Assembly (NCBI GenBank): GCA_001179505.1
Contig: CDMY01000369.1
Location: forward strand, 1 to 64,000
Source of the DNA: Vitrella brassicaformis CCMP3155
Lineage: Eukaryota > Protista > Chromerida
Length of the DNA stretch: 64,000 nucleotides
Direction of reading: 5' to 3'
Shown here: positions 35,753-44,565 of the stretch, in pieces
How positions within the stretch are numbered: position 1 is the first letter of the stretch
How the letters are laid out: each line of letters opens with the position of its first letter
Notes under the pieces: generated by a model
The model's input: only the letters and a program-made list of their open reading frames with translations
What the model was told of the DNA's origin: nothing
Database searches by the model: none
Made by a program: the position numbers and the translations under genes

Positions 35753-37476
35753 CTATGAAGCAAGTGTGCATACCGATGGGAAAGGATGGCGTTCCAGTAC
35801 ACTCGACAAGATGCCAGTGAAGTCCCGAAGTGTCACCGACTGCAGCTCAGTTTCATCCTTCTGGGTCAAGTCCTTCCATGCCTCCACCAGACTCCTGAAG
35901 ACCCATGCAGTCGGGCATCGGTCCTGCCGCGGATAGCCCCTCATGTCATCAATATCCTCTTCGACACGCTCCAGCCTTTCCTGAAGCCCATCGACTCCCT
36001 CCGCAAGCCCAGCGATTTCCTCCGCAAGCCCATCGCGTCCCTCGTCAGCAGCGTCGAATCGGGCAGCGACGGCATCGAATCGCTCTTCAAAGGCATCGAA
36101 TCGCTCCTCAATTCGCTCCTCAAAGGCAGCGAATCGCTCCTCCATGGCAGCGAATCCCCTCGCCATTTGCCTCAGAATGCGGCTCGTGCCCGTCTCCTCT
36201 TGCTGTTGCTGCTCCTCTTGCTGCTGCGCTTCCGCCGCTTCCGCTCTCCTCTTCAGTCTCGCATTTCTCCTCTCCTCCAGCTGCCGTCTCCTCGCCTCCG
36301 CCTCCTGCCTCCTCGCCTCCGCCTCCCGCCTCCTGACCTCAGCCACCTCTCTCCTCCTTGTTGCCGCCTGTGTCCTCGCCTCTTTCCTGTCCGCCCGCTC
36401 CTGCTTACTGTCAACAGACGCAGTCAGCAGCGGGAAGGCCTTCAAGTAGGCGCTGATAGTCTTGTCGAGATGCTCGGGCAGGAAGAATGTCGGAGGCATC
36501 TCCTCGAGCATCTCCACCGCCTTGTAACGTGGAGAATCCTCGTCTTGTGACGATGCGAGCGGGATGTAGACGAAGTTGCGGGCTGGGTGCTCGAGGCTGT
36601 CGAGAGGGGAAACGTACAGGATGGGGAAGGGGACTGTTTCGTTGGTGATGGAAACGCTGCTGCTGCTGCTGCTGCTATGTTTGCCGATCATATGAGGCGA
36701 CACCCCGTGCAGGACGCCACCTAGCTGTCCACTCTCCATAGCCAGAGGTGTCCCAGAGTCGCCTAAGAGTATACACATACACACACACACACACACACCC
36801 CACAGAGAAATAGAAACGAACCACTCATTGCCGGCTATCCCTCCCCCCTCATGTCTGTCTGTATCCATCATTCATCTCACCCACCTGGCCGAGAGCTCAC
36901 GCCGAACAGTCTCATCCACATCCGCACCATCTCTGAACTCCCCGCCTCCTCCCCGCCAGCTGACTGACTCGACTCAGCTCGTCGCGAAGCTTCGTGAACA
37001 TCCGACACATGGCCTTGAAAAAAGCGGGCGGCGTCGATTGAGTGGAGCTGATGTCGCAGGCCGACACCCTTGGCGACCAAGAGCCTCTTTGGCAGCACCG
37101 CACGCACCTCGTGATCGTCCTCCACCCTCATGACTGCCAGATCTGGATGCCCGCCGATTGGGTAATGCTGGTGGATGTACGTGTCGAGCACCATCATCTC
37201 CCGTGGCTTTCCGGCGACATTTATTGTCACCGAGAGGGCTCCGATGGCCGCATGTGCCGCCGTAGCGACGAATAGACCGGCGTCGGTCTTCATCATAAAG
37301 CCGCTGCCATGTGGCTGGCCGCCCGTGCGGTTGACACGACAGAGAACGTTGTGGGCAGGAACTGAGCGGGTAGGTGGTGCTGCGGGCGCTCGATGTTGAA
37401 CCGGTGCACTTCCAGTCAACTTGAGCTGGCCTTCAGAAGTGAGCTGGCCTTGAAGAGTAACCTCGAATGTCTGCAT
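35753..37476 (-). CDS. Trypsin-like serine protease domain fused to a long coiled coil with 7-aa repeats
   Basis: GSGF, TAAH (His), DLAVMR (Asp) and SRPG|DSGTPL (Ser), the last reconstituted across a phase-1 intron at 36763-36884. The C-terminus is R/E/A-rich, followed by EERFAAF/EERFDAF/EERFDAV repeats. The start codon is uncertain. Confidence 0.8.
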
Positions 37477-38044
37477 CGACTGTGCGGACTGTTTCACGTG
37501 CGACCTGACCCTTTGTGCGCGTTGCCCGAAAGCTTTTCGGCCGAGACAGACCTATTATCTTTTTCCATCGCTTCCTGTTCGCGATACGTACAGAGCATGC
37601 ACCACACACAAACCATTCCACACGGGTTGGCCCCACGGACGACGCGTGGCGGACATCCGGAGCAGGAAGACACGCAGACTTGTGAGGGTCTGTGTGTCTC
37701 GCGGCTCCGGCAGCTCCCGTACACGTTGCCCCAAGGCCGACAGATCTCCCAAAGACGACCGACAGTCAGACTGTACACTCACTCTCTCACATAGACAGAC
37801 GTACGTGCTCAAGAGATGCAGCAACACTCTAGGAGAGACGAAGCGAAGCCATTGGTATGCGACTCCACTCTGTCCCCGCCTCGCTCTCTCCCCCTCTCCC
37901 CTCCCCTGTCTTTCGTGTCCTCGTCTGTCCGTCCGAGGATCATTTTCAGATAAGACAGACCATTGATTGCATTTATTGATCGACAATCAGTCAATCGACA
38001 AGACATAAAAACACCTCACCTTCAGCCTTGTCCGTCTTTCCCGG

Positions 38045-39252
38045 TCACTGCTGTCTGTGTCTGTGCCCCTCCGCCCCCCCCATGTGTGTGTGCTGCCGTC
38101 CCTTCAGCGGTCGGGCCTCGTCGTCGGACGCACCACCCCTCCCCGCCGAACTATCCGTGTCGCTCAGCGGCGCCACTACTGCAGTCACGCCCCTGGCCGA
38201 CTTGCCATGCCCATGGCTGTGGCCATGGGTGTCTGTGTGGCCGTTGCTGTGTGCGTGGGCGCCGTGGCCGTGGCCGCATGAGAGTCCCATTGCGTGGATG
38301 GCCTTGTGCGAGAAATAGTTGGACGACAGCAGGCAGGCCGACCCCAGCAGCCCCACCACCGTGTGGATGATGTCCAGCTGCTCCAGATACAATAGCCACC
38401 CCCACAATACCGACACAACCGGGACGCTGGCGGATAGGGAATCTGCCGCTGCGTGGGTCAGGTTGGCTGCCGCGTGCGTCGCGTTGTCACTTGTGGGGTG
38501 CTGGTGGTCATGATTGTGGCTGTGGTTGTGGTTGTGGCCGTGGCCGTGGCCGTGGCCGTGCTTGTGCGGGTCTGAGTGGGCGGGGATGTGGCTGAAGTAC
38601 AGCAGGGCCACGCCGAAAGCCCCCAGAGCGAACAGCCGCAGAATGCGGTGCCGCGTGTAGTTCATCAGCACCGACAGCCCGCCGATGGGCAGCAGCACCC
38701 AAAACACAGCCTGAACCAGCCACACACGAGAAGAAGAGACAATGCCGCCTTGCAGACCAGACACGAGCCCATCTCCGCCTGTCACGTGACATGAGTTCGT
38801 ACCACGTCCACGACATCGTGGATTCTCTCATTGGTGTGTTCGCCGACAACCCCCAGCAGCGGTGCGATGGCCAGCAGTGGCGGCAGCAGCACACACTCGA
38901 TGGCGCACAGCACCGACAGCACAGTCGTCGCAATGATGGTGGACGACTGAATGCGCCGCAGCAGAGAGGGGGAGGGGGCGTGAGGGGACCGGGACGGCGA
39001 GTGCGATGAGGAACTTGCAGACGGCGAATGGCTGCAAAGCAAACACCCCAAACAAAGACGCAGAGACGGACAGCAGTGGTGCTGATGATTCGTTGAGCAC
39101 TTCTCCTCTTCATTTGTGTGGCTTCCCTACCCGTGGGCCTCTTCACGCGATTTGTGTTTGTGCGTGTGGGTGCAGACGAGGTGTTTGGTGCTGCTGGTGG
39201 TGTCGGAGAGGGGTGACGAGTCGTCCGAGGAGCCGCTCGAGGAGCCGCTCAT
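38045..39252 (-). CDS. MerC-like multi-pass membrane protein with His-rich loops
   Basis: SVLCAIECVLLPPLLAIAPLL matches the MerC SxLCxxHCxxLP pattern. It is followed by the TM segments VLLPIGGLSVLMNYTRHR and TVVGLLGSACLLSSNY, with (HG/HN)n tracts. The gene ends are approximate. Confidence 0.75.
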
Positions 39253-39632
39253 GCTGGCACTGGCACTGTAACTGATTTTGGCAACAAACGACGGCCCAGG
39301 ACGTCCAAACTTATTACAGCCAAGCCTCAGGCAGCCCACGATATGCGCTCAGACGCGCTTTTTCTTCTCGATGGCACTTTTCTTACCCTCAGGCTTGCAG
39401 ATGCGTCAGAGAAGAACGTTCCGTGAAACCGCTCTCTCCGTGCCAAGATTGACCAAAAGGTTTGATAAACTAAGTCCAGTGACAGCTAGGTCACCCCAGC
39501 TTTTGTTGTCTTTCCTCCTGACTGATTCATACTCCATCGCAGCTTCTGGTCGAGCTCTGACTTCAGTGCATATTGAGAACTGTCTGGCAGCTCACGAGCA
39601 ATCGACACAACTAACTCCCTTCGGCCGAAGGC

Positions 39633-40122
39633 TTAGCAGCTGCAGCATTGGGTGCCGCTCCAATCACGTTGGACGCCGGAGCTGTCCCACCAGTGGCCCC
39701 TCATTTCGTTGCCTCGCAACGCGAATTCCACCCGTCCGCCTTGGCCGAGAGCTGACCATCGGCCGGTCATGATGTATTCTCCGCTGCCGATGGGCCCGGC
39801 GCAGTAGGTGACGTCGCTGAAGCCGCCCGTGAAGGAGCGCGTCTTGTACTGCCCATTACCACAGCACGTGTTGAGCGTCACCAGCGCCCGATAGCGCTGG
39901 CCGTCAAACGCCTACAGACAAAGACATCATCCGCCACACGGTGTGATCATGAATAAGACGTCTTGTTTGCTCTTCTCTGGGCTGGCGTCTGCCTACGATG
40001 TAAGAGGTGTCGAGGGGGCAAGACGTGAACTCCGTCCGAGCTGCGGAGGAGAATCTACACTGGGCCTTTGCAGACAAGGGCACGCCGACAAAGACGAGGG
40101 CGAGCAAGGCGAGCGTCTTCAT
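39633..40122 (-). CDS. Small secreted cysteine-rich protein (134 aa, 8 Cys)
   Basis: Exon 1 (40122-39997) encodes a signal peptide MKTLALLALVFVGVPLSAKA. A phase-0 intron leads to exon 2 (39911-39633), AFDGQRYR...GRWSALGQGGRVEFALRGNEMRGHWW...TQCCSC*. Confidence 0.8.
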
Positions 40123-40555
40123 GAGAGCACTTCAGACGGTGAGATCTGCCGAGTGGAGAGCTTCTTTCGACCCGCTTTCAGCCTTCGAGTGCAGCTTGAG
40201 CGAGGCGGATGCCGAGAAGCCTGAGGCGAGAGGTATATATACGTCTGAGTGCGAAATCACGGGACTGATGGCGGAACAGATGCCGACGAGCGGGAGGGAT
40301 CTGAGGCCAAGACACAAGACACCGGGACAGAGAGTGACGACAGAGAGAAGAGAACGGTGGAAGGAGAGAAGAGAGATCTATCGGTGTGCGGATGTGCTCT
40401 CATTCGTTCGATGTGCTCTTTCTTGTGCGGGAGAGTTATGAGCAAACCTGCACGACCGTCGATTTGTTCAGCAGCAGCGGTTTCAGGGAGCACCCTAGGC
40501 GGCTTGACGGCCAAGTCCCCTGTCTGAAAACACGCACCCTAACATGCAACTCGGA

Positions 40556-40772
40556 TGTTGAGGAAATGATACGCCCGCAGCTCGCAAGAGCTAAGAGAAA
40601 GGCGTACCCTAGCCCAGACGAATTAAAAGTGCCGCGTACACCCGAGGGTTTGGAGCTAGGAACCCTATACGATCGCCTCACACACACCTGGCGTCTTCGG
40701 ACGTGTTTGTGCTGTTTGTCAAGCCTGGCTCTTAACTCTTGACCCGCTGAAGCTAGTCACGTTTCTTCAACA
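40556..40772 (+). repeat. LTR 1 (217 bp)
   Basis: TGTTGAGGAAATG...GTTTCTTCAACA, identical by eye to LTR 2. Confidence 0.95.
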
Positions 40773-41258
40773 GGTTATAGAGCCCACTGAGCACCTCCCA
40801 AGGGGAGAAGGCTTGTCGAGCACCAGAACACAGATCTCTGTGTGTGTGCTGTGGTTCGACTCAGCATGAGTCTGAGTGGTGAGGTCACGCCTCGTCAAGA
40901 GGGTGATCACGACCCACACCAACACACTGAGGTGGACGCCACAGTCGGTGATGTCGAGATGGGTGGCGTGAAGGCTGCTGTGGCAGATCTCTGCCTCGAG
41001 GAGGAGGGAGGTGGTGCTTCCGGTGGTCACAATGGCCAAGAGGAAGGTCAACAGCCCTCGCCTCTCGAGCAGCTATGCGCCTTCGCTCTCAAGTGGGAGA
41101 GTCTGACATCATGCGACGCATCTGGTGTGGAACGCTGTGTCTCATCTGGTGGCGGCATCTCTATGGTCGGTCGCGGCCGTGGCAAGGCTCTTACCATGCC
41201 CGCTTGGGTGACCAGGATGCGACCCCATCAGCAGATGAATGAGACTGAGGCGGAAAGC

Positions 41259-41558
41259 NNNNNNNNNNNNNNNNNNNNNNNNNNNNNNNNNNNNNNNNNN
41301 NNNNNNNNNNNNNNNNNNNNNNNNNNNNNNNNNNNNNNNNNNNNNNNNNNNNNNNNNNNNNNNNNNNNNNNNNNNNNNNNNNNNNNNNNNNNNNNNNNNN
41401 NNNNNNNNNNNNNNNNNNNNNNNNNNNNNNNNNNNNNNNNNNNNNNNNNNNNNNNNNNNNNNNNNNNNNNNNNNNNNNNNNNNNNNNNNNNNNNNNNNNN
41501 NNNNNNNNNNNNNNNNNNNNNNNNNNNNNNNNNNNNNNNNNNNNNNNNNNNNNNNNNN
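41259..41558. other. Assembly gap (300 N)
   Basis: Run of n. Confidence 1.
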
Positions 41559-41947
41559 AGAGCCACAAGAAGCGGAAGCTGGACTAGGGAAGGAAGAGAC
41601 CCACAGGTCTTCGTGTGTGCTCACCTGAGTAGTTGGGTGAAGCAACGCGCACTCTCCCTTCCGAAAGGTGCTGTGATTTGGTGGGTTGGCACAGCAGCCG
41701 TCCTTCTTTCGCGCACACGGCCCTGACTCTTGAGCACGAAGAGGCCGACGCTGTGCATGATCCCCGCTGCGCACCAGCAGAGATGTGCAACTCGGAATGT
41801 ATAGCAGTGCTGCCCGCAGACAGCAGAATCTCAACTGCAGACAGCAGGGCCCGGTGGGTCAACGCTTCTGGAAAGCTGGAGATCTGCAGTGAGTGTTCGT
41901 GCTCTCTCTTACGTGATAGTGAGGGGTGGGCTGCGTGCGAAGAGGGG

Positions 41948-42164
41948 TGTTGAGGAAATGATACGCCCGCAGCTCGCAAGAGCTAAGAGAAAGGCGTACC
42001 CTAGCCCAGACGAATTAAAAGTGCCGCGTACACCCGAGGGTTTGGAGCTAGGAACCCTATACGATCGCCTCACACACACCTGGCGTCTTCGGACGTGTTT
42101 GTGCTGTTTGTCAAGCCTGGCTCTTAACTCTTGACCCGCTGAAGCTAGTCACGTTTCTTCAACA
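41948..42164 (+). repeat. LTR 2 (217 bp, shared central LTR)
   Basis: Same sequence as LTR 1, preceded by a PPT and followed by a PBS. Confidence 0.95.
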
Positions 42165-42257
42165 GGTTATAGAGCCCACTGAGCACCTCCCAAGGGGAGA
42201 AGGCTTGTCGAGCACCAGAACACAGATCTCTGTGTGTGTGCTGTGGTTCGACTCAGC

Positions 42258-43262
42258 ATGAGTCTGAGTGGTGAGGTCACGCCTCGTCAAGAGGGTGATC
42301 ACGACCCACACCAACACACTGAGGTGGACGCCACAGTCGGTGATGTCGAGATGGGTGGCGTGAAGGCTGCTGTGGCAGATCTCTGCCTCGAGGAGGAGGG
42401 AGGTGGTGCTTCCGGTGGTCACAATGGCCAAGAGGAAGGTCAACAGCCCTCGCCTCTCGAGCAGCTATGCGCCTTCGCTCTCAAGTGGGAGAGTCTGACA
42501 TCATGCGACGCATCTGGTGTGGAACGCTGTGTCTCATCTGGTGGCGGCATCTCTATGGTCGGTCGCGGCCGTGGCAAGGCTCTTACCATGCCCGCTTGGG
42601 TGACCAGGATGCGACCCCATCAGCAGATGAATGAGACTGAGGCGGAAAGCATGTTGATCGGGTGTGATGCGACACGTCGAGGACTTGTTGGTTTGCAGCA
42701 AACCATGCTCGAAGTGCGTCGACCTGCCCAGCACACACCGATCGTGGCTATGCTCGAACGACCGAAGGTCGAGGAAGTCCCCAAATGGGATGGCGAGGCC
42801 GCAAGCTATGCGGTATGGCGCTGCAGCTTCATGGTTATGATGACTCGCGTCAATCTCAGCCATCTCATCGACAAGGGTATGCGAGCTGCGTTGCGAATGG
42901 TCAGCAACGAGCAGTACGAGGCTGATGCCAGCTACATCTATGAGCTGCTGCTGCGTGCTGTACATCCCTCAGCCCCTGAAGCCTTGCGCATCATACGCGC
43001 CGCTGGGATCAGCGATGCCTATGACGTGCCGGCTATGTGGGCCTTGACGGGTGTTAAGAGCGGTCTCGAAGCACGTGACGTCGTTGCGGCTCTGGAAGCA
43101 CTGGACGCGGTGTACATGCCTGGTGGGCGTGGCCGTAAGTGCTGGCTCTGCGGGCGTTCGGGCCATCTCCAACGAGACTGCCCACGCAGAGAGCCGGGCA
43201 AGGTAGCGAAGAGAAACCCCAAAATGGTACGCACGATGGTGCACAGGGGTGGGAGCAAGTGA
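42258..43262 (+). CDS. gag: Copia-type Gag-like protein (334 aa) with zinc knuckle
   Basis: Intronless ORF containing PKWDGEAASYAVWRCSFMVMM (copia Gag N-terminal-like) and CWLCGRSGHLQRDC (CX2CX4HX4C). The 5' part is repeated at 40866-41258. Confidence 0.85.
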   Translation: MSLSGEVTPRQEGDHDPHQHTEVDATVGDVEMGGVKAAVADLCLEEEGGGASGGHNGQEEGQQPSPLEQLCAFALKWESLTSCDASGVERCVSSGGGISMVGRGRGKALTMPAWVTRMRPHQQMNETEAESMLIGCDATRRGLVGLQQTMLEVRRPAQHTPIVAMLERPKVEEVPKWDGEAASYAVWRCSFMVMMTRVNLSHLIDKGMRAALRMVSNEQYEADASYIYELLLRAVHPSAPEALRIIRAAGISDAYDVPAMWALTGVKSGLEARDVVAALEALDAVYMPGGRGRKCWLCGRSGHLQRDCPRREPGKVAKRNPKMVRTMVHRGGSK

Positions 43263-43326
43263 GTGCTATTTGTCGACTGTGAGTCAGTCACGGACAGACG
43301 GACAGTCAGCGAAGTGCAGAGGAAGC

Positions 43327-43626
43327 NNNNNNNNNNNNNNNNNNNNNNNNNNNNNNNNNNNNNNNNNNNNNNNNNNNNNNNNNNNNNNNNNNNNNNNNNN
43401 NNNNNNNNNNNNNNNNNNNNNNNNNNNNNNNNNNNNNNNNNNNNNNNNNNNNNNNNNNNNNNNNNNNNNNNNNNNNNNNNNNNNNNNNNNNNNNNNNNNN
43501 NNNNNNNNNNNNNNNNNNNNNNNNNNNNNNNNNNNNNNNNNNNNNNNNNNNNNNNNNNNNNNNNNNNNNNNNNNNNNNNNNNNNNNNNNNNNNNNNNNNN
43601 NNNNNNNNNNNNNNNNNNNNNNNNNN
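43327..43626. other. Assembly gap (300 N)
   Basis: Run of n. Confidence 1.
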
Positions 43627-44026
43627 CTCTGTCAGCGAGAGCCACAAGAAGCGGAAGCTGGACTAGGGAAGGAAGAGACCCACAGGTCTTCGTGTGTGCT
43701 CACCTGAGTAGTTGGGTGAAGCAACGCGCACTCTCCCTTCCGAAAGGTGCTGTGATTTGGTGGGTTGGCACAGCAGCCGTCCTTCTTTCGCGCACACGGC
43801 CCTGACTCTTGAGCACGAAGAGGCCGACGCTGTGCATGATCCCCGCTGCGCACCAGCAGAGATGTGCAACTCGGAATGTATAGCAGTGCTGCCCGCAGAC
43901 AGCAGAATCTCAACTGCAGACAGCAGGGCCCGGTGGGTCAACGCTTCTGGAAAGCTGGAGATCTGCAGTGAGTGTTCGTGCTCTCTCTTACGTGATAGTG
44001 AGGGGTGGGCTGCGTGCGAAGAGGGG

Positions 44027-44241
44027 TGTTGAGGAAATGATACGCCCGCAGCTCGCAAGAGCTAAGAGAAAGGCGTACCCTAGCCCAGACGAATTAAAAG
44101 TGCCGCGTACACCCGAGGGTTTGGAGCTAGGAACCCTATACGATCGCCTCACACACCTGGCGTCTTCGGACGTGTTTGTGCTGTTTGTCAAGCCTGGCTC
44201 TTAACTCTTGACCCGCTGAAGCTAGTCACGTTTCTTCAACA
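44027..44241 (+). repeat. LTR 3 (215 bp)
   Basis: Same as LTR 1 and LTR 2 except for one fewer CA unit; followed by the TSD TCGGA. Confidence 0.95.
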
Positions 44242-44565
44242 TCGGACACGCAACAGCAGCACGCAGAGGGCAGACACAGCATACAGGTGGATATGCAATG
44301 CGCTGCGAACGGCGGCAACATACGAGCAGGCACACAACATCGCACACGCGCCACCCCAGCAACCTGAAGGCGGCGTGCGTGTGTGCGTGGTGCACCATGA
44401 CTCCATACGTACAGCGCCCATTCCCAGGTGGCCAGCCAGTGCAGATCGACCAGTTACACACAAACACGCCCGTATAACAACCATCCCTCGAAAAACCCTT
44501 TCTGATTGCGAGCTTTTTTGCGAGCTCGAGGACCAAAGGAGGAGAGAGTAGACAAGCCTCACAAA

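Larger units (their letters stand above)
40556..44241 (+). mobile_element. Tandem copia-like LTR retroelement (LTR-internal-LTR-internal-LTR), apparently gag-only
   Basis: Three TGTTGA...TCAACA LTRs, the 5-bp TSD TCGGA on both outer sides (40551-40555, 44242-44246), a PBS-like GGTTATAGAGCCC after LTR1 and LTR2, a purine tract GAAGAGGGG before LTR2 and LTR3, and a Gag ORF with a CCHC knuckle. Confidence 0.93.

Noticed and set aside
35786-36550. 254-aa plus-strand ORF with periodic Leu/Ser/Pro
   Set aside because: It is the antisense shadow of the repetitive coiled-coil exon of the protease gene.
40545-40555. The 11-mer tgcaactcgga flanking LTR 1 also occurs inside the element (41786-41796 and the second copy), hinting at homology-guided insertion
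   Set aside because: Similarity does not extend beyond ~11-14 bp, the match was found post hoc, and the clean TSD indicates normal integrase-mediated insertion.
40556-44241. Three regularly recurring repeats considered as a CRISPR-like array
   Set aside because: The repeats are 215-217 bp LTRs with PBS, PPT and TSD; the intervening sequences are duplicates, not unique spacers; no cas genes are present.
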